Origin: Paramoeba atlantica
Lineage: Eukaryota > Protista > Discosea
Length of the DNA: 23,539 nt
NCBI GenBank assembly: GCA_977017575.1
Contig: CDRNVI010000183.1
Location: 1 to 23,539 of the forward strand
Direction of reading: 5' to 3'
Positions 1-10,000 of the stretch are shown one piece after another. The notes beneath the pieces were generated by a model. The model saw only the letters and a list, made by a program, of their open reading frames with translations, did not search any database and was not told the origin of the DNA. Within the stretch, counting starts at the first letter, position 1, and the number at the start of each line of letters is the position of its first letter. A program made the position numbers and the translations under genes.

Positions 1-809
1 ACGATGTATCGATCATGTTTTTATTCCCTCGAACGCTCCTAGCGAAAGGATTTTTGTTAATGCGATCCCTTCAGGCTTTAAGGACCATGCGATGATTGTA
101 GGTGGAACTAGTATCAAAGAATGGGAGTTGAAATCTAACAAGAAGAGAATCCCTGAATACCTCATTAAAGATCCTAAATTTATTAATGCCCTCATTAATG
201 AAGTTGGGGACTATGTGGAAGGTGATCCTGTCAGTTGTCTTACTAAACTCAAAGAGAAGGCGTGGGAATTAGTCCCTCTATAGAAAGACAAAGGGAAAGA
301 AGCTCACCTTTTCAAAGAACTATGGAAACTCCAAACAATCATCAAACACCTTGCAAAAACCAGGATTTTAAGGAAAGCTTCAGCCATACACTCTTTCTCT
401 TTGTTGGAACTCGAACTTCTTCATACAGCTGTGATAGGATGGAATGGCTCTCGAGATGACAAGAAATGGAGAATCAAAGCTATTCCTAGAATGATCAAAG
501 CTGGGATGGATCGAACTGCAGTTCTTGAACAACAACTCGGAATTTTTGTGGATGAACACCCCTCGCACCCTGGTTGTAAATCTTCTCCCCATGTTAAAGG
601 TGTAATTGTAGATGGAGTGATCTCTTGTGATGATAATGTGGTAAAAAAAGCAATTAAGGACTTTTGGGAGAGCCTTCTCAGTACAGAAAGACCATATAAC
701 AAGGATTCTCTTGACGAACTGATTGCTGACCATCATCCTCACTTTCCCCCAGTTGAGAGACATAATGTTGACAGGAAGAAAGTTGATAAACTTCTTCAGA
801 GAACCAATA

Positions 810-1700
810 ACACCAGCGCAGGACCCGATGGTGTCCCTTTCTCTTTATATAAGGCAACACAAGAAAAGTATTTTGACATGTGGGTGGAATTAATTCAACA
901 AGCGGGTGAGATTATGGAGTTCCCCCCCTCTTTTGGTGAGAGCCAACTCTGTTTGATTCCCAAAGTCGAGAATATCCCCCGCCCTGACCAATTTCGACCA
1001 ATCAGTGTTACCAATTCAGATTATCAGATTGTGATGAGATATTGGGCAAAAATGGCTGATGGAGATTGCAAGTGGAGTAATTTCTAAAGAACAGCATGCG
1101 ATGTTTAAGGGGAGGTCAATTGACGAAGCAGTGGGAATCAGTGTATGACTCTTTCTACGAAGCTCTGGCAGAAGGGAAAGACGTGACCCTCCTCCAAACA
1201 AACTTTTGCAAGGCATATGATTATGTGAATCGTAATGCACTTCTTCATATTCTCAAAGGTTTGAATGCCCCCCCTCAAGCGATCTATGTTGTTGAGAAGG
1301 TGCTTCGAGAATCTGTAACCTGGCTGCCGAATATTGGTGAATCCAAGAGGGGAGGCAACAATGAATCAATTCAAAGTCGAACTGGTGTTAGACAAGGATG
1401 CCCGATCTCCCCCCTTCTGTTTGTAATTGTGTTTGACATCCTCCTGGTGAGCTTGAAAAAGGAATACAACCCCAAGACCTATCAAGCTTTATGGATGACT
1501 TGGAGATGGTGATTCAGAAAGCTGAAACCATCAATTCTCTCACTCCAACCTTCAAGAAATATGAAGAAGCGACTGGAGCTAAACTGAATTTTAATAAGTG
1601 CTTTGTCCTCTCAATTGAGTCTTTCAAACCTGTAGGCCCCTGGGCTGAGATGGCAAGATCCAATTACTGTGGTGATGAAACCTGTATATCTGGGAGAGTG
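810..1700 (+). other. Reverse transcriptase domain remnant (non-LTR, L1/Tx1-like)
   Basis: Motifs SAGPDG (821-832), LIPK, FRPISV, (D/N)FCKAYD, GVRQGCPISPLLF, FMDD (1488-1499), GAKLNFNK and YLG (intact in copy 3). Confidence 0.95.
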
Positions 1701-2345
1701 AGGTTGAGTAAACGGTTATCTCCTCTTAAGGACTGAGAGAAAGTGATCCTAAAGATGAAGAAAGTTGGAGCAGCAATCAAAAAAAGGGGGTAGCAATTTT
1801 CGCTCGAAAGTAAGGATGGTCAATACCTATCTAACTCCATGCATGGGATATTTAGCGAGATTCAAACTGATTCCAAAATCTGTTGCCTCCTTGATGTGGA
1901 AGTCCATCCGCTCAGCTCTGGGTGCCTATGCCAACACAAAAACCTCCATTCTTACCTCATGCTATCTTCCCTTGGACTCAAACCCCCAACTGCGCCATCC
2001 AATTGTTTTTACTGGGCCCTCCTCACCTCTCGTCCACCAATGAGGAGCAATTATCGGGAGTCCTCTTTCCATTGGAGCCATGCGAAAGGATGCCCTTTTT
2101 GCAGCCCAAAGCCTCTCTGCCAAAGTTGGTGTTTGGTCAGCCACTCAAGTTGCTTATTCCAATATGTCTCGAGTGATCCCCATTGAAATCAAAGATCTGT
2201 ATGTGGGTGAAGGAAGAGCTGAGTGTGTGGTGTACAACTTGGCACATGCAATTAGGCCCCAACTTAAGAGGAATTTGATTAAGTCCTAATAAGAGGGCTG
2301 CCTACAAGAGACAAGTTGGCTCACTTCACAAACCAAAACTCAAGT

Positions 2346-2399
2346 TGCTGACTCTGCCACCATGAAAAGGAATCACGATCTCATCTTCTGGAGGAATGT
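2346..2399 (+). other. C-terminal CCHC zinc finger (zf-RVT-like), Cx2Cx8Hx4C
   Basis: Reads C*LCHHEKESRSHLLEEC; copy 3 (from 11322) reads CQLCH*EKEL*THLLEEC. Confidence 0.85.
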
Positions 2400-2709
2400 T
2401 CTGTGGCTGAGGGCCTCCTCCAGGCAATGGGGAGGGAAATGGTATTTTGTGTGAATGTACCCAGCTGGCAAGAAACTAAGAATGTGTGTGGCCTTGTCTC
2501 AAATTTTCTCACCAGACAAGAAACCCTCTGTGGTGAGTGTTGCCCTGTTGAGTTTGTGGCTCACAGTGTGTGTGGAAGGATCGAAATCACCCCAGTATGC
2601 TACTGAAATTTTCGAAAAAATCTTGAGAAAGAACAAAATCCTCTCTCGCCCCCAAGAACCCAAACAAAGAAAGGAACCAAAGAGAAGGAAAGTTTTAAAT
2701 TTAAAGGCT

Positions 2710-3085
2710 TTCAAGTGTGTTTATGACGGTTCAGGCTGTACAAACCCTCATCTGGGGGGTGCGGGCTTTGCAGTTTTCAGGGAAGGGAAAGAGATTTGTG
2801 GTGGGTTTGAAACCATCCCTCTTGGGGTCCAACAATATTGGTAATTTACAGGCTGTTTGAAAGGAATGCAATGTGCCAGATCAATGACGAATGAGATTGA
2901 AGTTGTCAGGGATTGTTATGATTCTCACCAAGGCTGCACCCAAAACCCATGCCATCAAAAACTATGCCTTGAATGAACTACTTTGTGAAAATCCATAAGT
3001 TAGCAATGTGCTTTGATGAGATAGAATTCACCCATGTACCCCGAGAGCTTAACAAGTGAGCTGATGCAATTGCAACTGCTGCAAG
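2710..3085 (+). other. RNase H domain remnant (archaeal-like/RVT_3-type) downstream of the CCHC finger
   Basis: Two-copy consensus FYDGSG...GGAGFAVF...NNIGEF...IEVV(R/G)DC...IEFTHVPRELNK(R)ADAIA carries the D-E-D-D residues. Copy 3 has it at about 11680-12055. Confidence 0.85.
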
Positions 3086-3570
3086 TTGGTCTAAAGAGGA
3101 TGGAACATGTGCTGTGAATGACCATCATTGGGATCCAAGATCACAACATGTTGCAGAAACCAGTGAAGAGTGGATTATTTTGAATTCAACCCTGTGGAAC
3201 TAGATCAATTCCCCCCTCACCCATGACTGGACTTTCCCCATCCCCCCAGGGAATTTTGTAAGGAAATTCCAAGGAAACACGGTGACAACCCCCCATGTTT
3301 TGTTTCCGGCCCAAACTGCTCTTGAGAATGCTCTAATTCTCCCTGTAATAATTACTAAAGATATCAAGGATGGTTCCATCAGTCCCAAGAGAGGCAATCT
3401 GGTGAGGAGCTTTATTGAGGAAGATTTCGAAGGAATGTAATTAACTTCATAGAAACCTCCAAACCGAATTCACTCCCTGGTTTTAGAAGGCGAACAATCA
3501 AACGCAGACCCCTTAGTGAGAACTAAAGTTGATAAAGAAACTCCAATGCATTCCATGCTGAGAGATCTTT

Positions 3571-3680
3571 GGATCTAACTCTTAATTTATCTTCCCTCCC
3601 CCCCCCTTTCTTCCCCTCTTTTCCATCCTAGAGATGGTTTTTTAACTCTAATAAATGGCACCTGGTGGTCTGAACCTTAA
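3571..3680 (-). mobile_element. ~110 bp fragment (Y), probably a LINE 3' UTR variant with a G-rich tract
   Basis: On the minus strand it ends GGGAAGATAAATTAAGAG, matching GGGAGATAAATTAAGAG at 12536-12552, just before the shared tail of copy 3. The rest matches nothing else in the window. Confidence 0.45.
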
Positions 3681-5690
3681 AAAAATGATCGATACATTGT
3701 CCTTGGAAATGGTTGGTTCTGACCACCCCAGTCTTGATAAATTCCAAGATTCAGAGGATTCTGCAAGCTCTTTAAAAGGAGGTTCGTTAAGATTCCAGTT
3801 GAAGTCACCTCCCAGAACGTTCAGCCCATCTTTGGAGAAGAACTTTCCGATTTGGTCTTGCATAAAGGGAAGTTTCAAATCGCAATGATGTAGACATTCA
3901 TCACAGCATATTCAGTATTGAAAATCTTGGTTCTCAGTCCAAACAAACCACTCTCAGAGCTTTCAATTGGGTATGGTTCTATATCATGAAGGCCTTCCAT
4001 TCTCGTGACTCCAATGGCACGGCCCCACTTCTGTTCTGAGAAGGGGTCTTTGAACCACAAATATTTCCTCAAACAATTCTTGAGATGATCGAGATCTTTT
4101 TCAGATGTGGCATGGGTTTCTTGAAGCAAAATAAACAGAGGACGGCAACTTGCAGCCATTCGACAGCAAAGGTTGAGTTTTTCATCATTGTGAACACCAT
4201 TGATGTTCCATGATAAAATCCTCATGTTTGGGAATTTGTTATACTGATACAGGTTTGGAAGCGGCGGCGCAGGGAAGGGGGGAAGGAAAGAAGATGAAGA
4301 GGGTTGGAACACCAAGACAGGTGCTTGAGGGGTTGGGGAGGCAAGGTTTGTTTTTTGACGAAGATCAATAACGGAAGAGTCAGAGGAAGCACAAGGGTCC
4401 TTCAGTGATGGAAAGAAAGATTTAAATTGTTGTTGTTTTTCTTTCCTTTCATTCTTTCCTTTATGAGGGAGGGAAGATGAGGAGGATGAAACATTGCTTA
4501 ACTCAGGGAATCGAGCACTGTCCATCGTCGACACTGTCTCACCCCATTCTATTTGATGCAAATCTCCAAGAACCGTGAAACCGTTTGAGGTGGGGATCTC
4601 CGAAAAAGGAAAAGTCACTTTTTCCTTCCGGAGACACCAGTGGGGACACTCTTATCACGGTCATTTTCCTTTGTTTTTTCCTCTTCATCTTTCTCTTCTT
4701 CTATCTCCTCTTTCCCTTTCTCCTCTTCCCTACTTTTCTTTTTCTTCTTCTTCGCTGGCTTCTTGGTTACAGGTAGTGGTTTGGTCCTAGTAGAAGTTGG
4801 TTCCTTCTCCTCAACTGTTTCTTCCGACACCACCCTCTTCCTTAGTCTGGATTTCAGCTTTAATTTCAGTCCTCAACCACTCTATCAATAATGTGGCCAA
4901 GGAAGTCTGCATCAAAACTCAACTCCCATTTAAGCTGTCCTTTTTCCAACTCATTCTTCAACTTCCCAAGGCTATCTTCAGTCCTCTCCCACTCACACTG
5001 GAAATTCACCCCCATCTAATATTTTTCCAAGCCCCTTCAGTGTTGTGGATAGTCATCGACCATTTGCTCCCAGAAATTGGATCGGATGAGAATTGAGGTC
5101 TGTTCACGTCTGGGGAAATCTCATCCTCATCCTCAATTAAAATAACCCCCCTCTCAGGGTCAGTTTTAGCAACAATGTCTTCAAGGAAATCCATCATATC
5201 TTTTTGAGGGATTGTTGGGGTTTCTGACATACTGCCCGAGCGAGATGATGTGGCCGGAGTTTGGGAGGGCAATTCCTTACGAGGTTTAGTAGTCTTGAGT
5301 GAAGATTTGGGTTGATTACTTCTTGAAGGGGCTGATTTTTCCTTGGAGGAACCTTCTCGAAGAGCGGTTTCCTCACGTTTGTGCTTTGATCGACCTCCAT
5401 CGGGGTTGTAGATGGGGGGACGAGGGTCAACAGACTTCATTGAGGGTGGTGCCCTCTGATTGGGATTTGATAATATGGGAAATTGGAACAGAGAGAGATT
5501 CGTACCTTGGTTCTCTTGATTTGTCGAGGAGGACTCTGTAGGAATAATAAATCTTTTATGAGACTGTTCCCTTAATTTCATGATCATCACAGGAAGGGAA
5601 GGAGATTTCCTCCAAGAGTCTGTCTCATTATTTAACTTTTTGATGATTCCTCCCTCTCCCTCCTTGTCCACAATCTCCTTCGCACATTTT

Positions 5691-5706
5691 AAATGCTTTG
5701 AGTGTG
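5691..5706. repeat. Target-site duplication of SINE copy 1 (left copy)
   Basis: AAATGCTTTGAGTGTG, matching 6129-6144 at 15 of 16 bases and abutting the poly(T). Confidence 0.9.
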
Positions 5707-6128
5707 TTTTTTTTTTTTTTTGAGGCAGACTTTATTCAATTAGTAGTTCTTAATCTAAACCATTTGAATTACATTAAATTATGTTTGTTTTTAACCTCTA
5801 ACGAGAGGTGAAGTTTTAAACTTCAGCTTAGTTCAGTTGGTCTTTATGCTGAACTTTAGAACTTCTGCAAGTTCAGGCTGGAGGATGCACATCAGAAGGG
5901 AGAATAATCCAAAGCTCCTTCCAAGGGAATTTATTCTCAACTTTTTAACAGACAGGGCTGAGATGTAACCTGTTCCGATTTTCACACTTCTTCAAGACCT
6001 CCTCACTCCAATCAAATCACTCTACAGCACCAGAAAAATTTTCTATAATATCAAAAAACTGGGATTTGAACTCACCCCCCCGGGGTTGGACACAGTCGAA
6101 TTTACAACTAAACTATGGGCACCAACCC
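5707..6128 (-). mobile_element. SINE-like retroposon copy 1 (422 bp): A/B-box-like head, body, LINE-A-type tail, poly(A)15
   Basis: Flanked by a 16 bp TSD. AATAAA (5731-5736) lies 9 nt before A15 (5707-5721). A second copy is at 13466-13889, and the last ~195 nt match 12551-12742. Confidence 0.88.
6061..6115 (-). promoter_or_regulatory. Pol III type-2 internal promoter-like A and B boxes in the SINE head
   Basis: A-box-like TAGTTTAGTTGT (6104-6115) and B-box-like GAGTTCAAATCCC (6061-6073, GTTCGAATCC with one CpG transition), 30 nt apart. Both recur in copy 2. No full cloverleaf can be drawn. Confidence 0.55.
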
Positions 6129-6144
6129 AAATGCCTTGAGTGTG
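6129..6144. repeat. Target-site duplication of SINE copy 1 (right copy)
   Basis: AAATGCCTTGAGTGTG, matching 5691-5706 at 15 of 16 bases. Confidence 0.9.
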
Positions 6145-7046
6145 AAATCTCACACACTTGGCAATTTACTTTCTCGTGAAAGGGACTCATAGGGGTCCAC
6201 AGAGAGATCCTACCTTGGAACTCATTGTTAATAATAAAAGAACCTCTGTGCTTGGCAATAATACGTGTCAGAATAAGAGGGATTACATCATAGAAGATGA
6301 CAATACAATCATCACTGATCTGAGCCACCTCTCTTAATCCATGGTGAGGAAGAGCAGATTCACCAATAAACAATCTTTGGATCCACTCTTCCCCTTTGAT
6401 TAAAAAGGGGACACGGAGTTTAAAGCCCCATAAATTCCAATCCTGGTTGTTCTTCCAGACAAATGGCTTCCCAAAACCGATTGCAAGGAAGGAACCATTT
6501 TCCAGAATGACTTTCTCTAGGGGTTCGTGCATTTCTTTATCGAAGGTGGTCACGTTGAGGTGGCCTTTCATAACACACAAGAGGAAGTTCCCTCTCAGCT
6601 TAGGGACTTTGTTGAGTGTGGCCATCGCTCTCTAATAGTTTGGCATTCCTTCATAGAAACAAAAGGAACCCATTACAAAGATGGGGCGAATTATTGCGTT
6701 GTTCTTCACAGAGTTAACCTCAGTTCCAATATGGGATAAGGTCTTCGGTATTTCTTTCTCGACTTGCAACCACCATCCTTCCTCAGGCGCTCTCTTCGAG
6801 GTCAATTTGATTGGAATTTCTTCAGAATTCCCACTTGGGTTTGCATTTTTTTTTTCGTTCTTCGAATACAAGGGGGAGTGGGACCCATTCTGGGAGCCCT
6901 TAGGGGAAGAGGATGTACTCTTTCCACTGGACATAACAGATTTCTCTGAAGTGCTCAACTAGGTGGGGTTTCACCAACACGGCGGGTGAAGGAAAGAAAA
7001 TCAGATTGGACAAAGAAAGTCTCCTTGAACCAACCTGATTTTTTTA

Positions 7047-10000
7047 AGTAAATAATGAAATAGACTCTTAGAGGAAATTTCCTTCCCTTCCTGTAACAAT
7101 TATGAAATTGAGGGAACAGTCACATAAAAGATTTATTATTCCTACAAAATCCTCAACAAATCAAGGAAACCAAGGTATGAATTTCTCTCTATTCCAATTT
7201 CCTATATTACCAAATCCCAATCAGAGGGCATTACCCTCAATGAAGTTTGCTGACCCTCGTCTCTCATCTACAACCCTGATGGAGGTCGATCAAAGCACAA
7301 ACATGAGGGAAACTGTTCTTCAAGAAGGTTCCTCCAAGGAAAAATCAGCTCCTTCAAGAAGTAACCAACCCAAATCTTCACTCAAGACTACTAAACCTTA
7401 TAAGGAATCACCCTCCCAAACTCCAGCCACATCATCTTGCTTGGGCAGTACATCAGAAACCCCAACAATCCCTCAAAAAGATATGATGGATTTCCTTGAA
7501 GACATTGTTGCTGAAACTGATGCTGAGAGGGGGGTTATTTTAATTGAGGATGAGGATGAGATTTCCCCAGATATAAACAAACCTTGATTCTCATCTGATC
7601 CAATTTCTGGAAGCAAATGGTCGATGACTATCCACAACACTGAAGTGGCTTGGAAAATATTAGATGTGGTGAATTTCCAGTGTGAGTGGGAGAGGACTGA
7701 AGATAGCCTTGGGAAGTTGAAGAGTGAGTTGGAAAAAGGACAACTTAAATGGGAATTGAGTTTTAATGCAGACTTTCTTGGCCACATTATTGATAGGGTG
7801 GTTGAGGAACTGAAATTAAAGCTGAAATTCAGACTGAGGAAGAGGGTAGTGTTGGAAGAGATAGTTGAGGAGAAGGAACCAACTTCTACTGGGACCAAAC
7901 CATTACTTGTAACCAAGAAGCCAGTGAAGAAGAAGAAAAAGAAAAGTAGGAAAGAGAAGAAAGGGAAAGAGGAGATAGAAGAAGAGAAAAATGAAGAGGA
8001 AAAAACAAAGGAAAATGACTGTGATAAGAGTGTCCCTACTGGTGTCTCTAGGAAGGAAAAAGCAATTTATCTTTTTTTGGAGATCTTTGCCTCAAACAGT
8101 TTTGTGGTTCTTGGAGATTTGCATCAAATAGAATGGGGTGAAACAATGTTGATGATGGATAGTGCTCGATTCCCTGAGTTAAGCAATGTTTCATCCTCCT
8201 CTTCTTCCCTCCCCTCATAAAGGAAAGAATGAAAAAAAAAAAAAACAACAATAATTTAAAATCTTTCTTTCCACCACTGAAGGACCCTTGTGCTTCCTCT
8301 AACTTTTCTGTTATTAATCTTCATTAAAAAACAAACCTTGCCTCCCCAACCCCTCAAGCACCTGTCTTGGTGTTCCAACCCTCTTCATCTTCTTTCCTTC
8401 CTCCCTTCCCTGCACCACTGCTTCCAAACCTATATCAGTATAACAAATTCTCAAACACAAGGATTTTATTATGGAACATCAATGGTGTTCACAATGATGA
8501 AAAACTCAACTTTTGCTGTAGAATGGCTGCAAGTTGCTGTCCTTTGTTTATTTTGCTTCAAAAAACCCATGCCACATCTGAAAAAGATCTCAATTATCTC
8601 AAGAATTGTATGAGGAAATATTTGTGGTTCAAAGACCCCTTCTCAGAATAGAAGCGGAGCCTTGCCATTGGAGTCAGAAGAATGGAAAGCCTTCATGATA
8701 TAGAACCATACCCAATTGAAAGCTCTGAGAGTGGTTTGTTTGGACTGAGAACCAAGATTTTCAATACTGAATATGCTGTGATGAATGTCTACCATCATTG
8801 CAATCTGAAATTTCCCTTTATGCAAGACCAAATTGGAAAGTTTTTTTCCAAAGATGGACTGAATGTTCTGGGAGGTGACTTCAACTAGGATCTTAATGAA
8901 CCCCTTTTTAAAGAGCTTACAGAATCCTCTGAATCTTGGAATCTATTGAAACTAGGGTGGTCAGAACCAACCCATTTCCAAGGATGATGTATTGATTATG
9001 TCTTTATTCCCTCAAACACTCCTAGCAAAAGGATTTTTGTTAATGTGATCCCTTCAAGCTTTAAGAATCATGTGATGATTGTAGGTGAAACTAGTATCAA
9101 AGAATAGGAGTTGAAATCTAACAAGAAGAGAATCCCTGAATATTTCATTAAAGATCCTAAATTTATTAATGCTCTCATTAATGAAGTTGGGAACTATGTG
9201 AAAGGTAATCCTGTCAGTTGTCTTATTAAACTCAAGGAGAAGGTGTGAGAATTAGTTTTGTGGAAAGACAAAAGGAAAGAAGCTCACCTTTTCAAAGAAC
9301 TATGGAAACTCCAAACAATCATCAAACATCTTGTAAAAACCAGGATTTTAAAGAAAACTTCAGCTATACATTCTTTCTCTTCATTGGAACTCGAACTCCT
9401 TCATACAGCTGTGATAGAATGGAATGGCTCTCAAGATGACAAGAAATGGAGAATCAAAGCTATTCTTAGAATGATCAAAGCTGAGATGGATCGAACTGCA
9501 GTTCTTGAACAACAACTTGGAATTTTTGTGGATGAACACCCCTCACATCCTAGTTGTAAATTTTTTCCCTGTATTAAAAATGTAATTGTAGATGGAGTGA
9601 TTTCTTGTAATGATAATGTGGTTAAAAAAGCAATTAAGGACTTTTGAGAAAGCCTTCTCAGTACAGAAAGACCATATAATAAGGATTTTCTTGACAAATT
9701 GATTGCTGACCATCATTTTCACTTTTCCTTAGTTGAGATATATAATGTTGATAGAAAGAAAGTTGATAAACTTCTTTAGAGAACCAATAACACCAGCACA
9801 GAACCTGATGGTATTCCTTTCTCTTTATATAAGGCGACACAAGAAAAGTATTTTGACATGTGGGTGGAATTAATTCAACAAGCAGGTGAGATTATGGAAT
9901 TCCCCCCCTCTTTTGGTGAGAGCCAATTTTGTTTGATTCCCAAAGTCGAGAATATCCTCCATTCTGACCAATTTCGATCAATCAGTGTTATCAATTCAGA

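Larger units (their letters stand above)
2..3526 (+). pseudogene. Disrupted pol reading frame of LINE A copy 1
   Basis: In-frame stops at 281 (TAG, TGG in copy 3), 1734, 2349 and 3057 (TGA), plus many 1-base homopolymer indels. The first RT catalytic Asp is Asn (AAC 1201-1203; GAC in copy 3). The terminal stop is at 3438-3440 or 3524-3526 depending on one indel. Confidence 0.9.
1..3570 (+). mobile_element. LINE family A copy 1 (L1/Tx1-like non-LTR retrotransposon), from the end of the APE domain to the 3' UTR; 5' part outside the window, 3' tail missing
   Basis: Frame +2 from base 2 reads RCIDHVF...FKDHAMIVG (APE C-terminal motifs), followed by RT, CCHC and RNase H motifs in order. It is colinear with 8984-12530. 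Confidence 0.95.
3681..6934 (-). pseudogene. 5' half of the LINE A ORF (first ATG at 6934), split by the SINE, an in-frame TAG at 6632-6634 and homopolymer frameshifts
   Basis: ORF-track pieces 6632..6958, 6113..6625, 5006..5671, 4615..4833, 3875..4618 and 3648..3878 join into one frame when compared with copy 3. Confidence 0.8.
3681..7040 (-). mobile_element. LINE family A copy 2: 5' UTR, N-terminal region and APE domain, broken near the end of APE and interrupted by a SINE
   Basis: 3681-5650 is the reverse complement of 7047-9000. APE motifs RILSWNING, ILLQETH, NVY, GGDFN and CIDH are present. The frame continues across the SINE once the insert and one TSD copy are removed. Confidence 0.9.

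Noticed and set aside
1734-1736. TGA shared by copies 1 and 3 (10710-10712) as programmed read-through
   Set aside because: With this CpG loss rate, independent CGA>TGA or inherited damage explains it. Two copies are not enough to claim recoding.
4223-4225. ATG of MRILSWN as the start of a separate ORF2
   Set aside because: Copy 3 has ACA here, so both derive from ACG by CpG decay, and the upstream frame is open.
6050-6128. Functional tRNA gene
   Set aside because: There is no complete cloverleaf or identifiable anticodon arm, and it is the head of a TSD-flanked retroposon.
5707-6958. A separate gag-only (HeT-A-like) element or host gene made of ORFs 6632..6958 and 6113..6625 with its own poly(A)
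   Set aside because: The 16 bp TSD shows 5707-6128 is an insertion. Without it, the ORF continues in frame into 5671 as part of LINE copy 2. The terminal GWCP* is SINE sequence.
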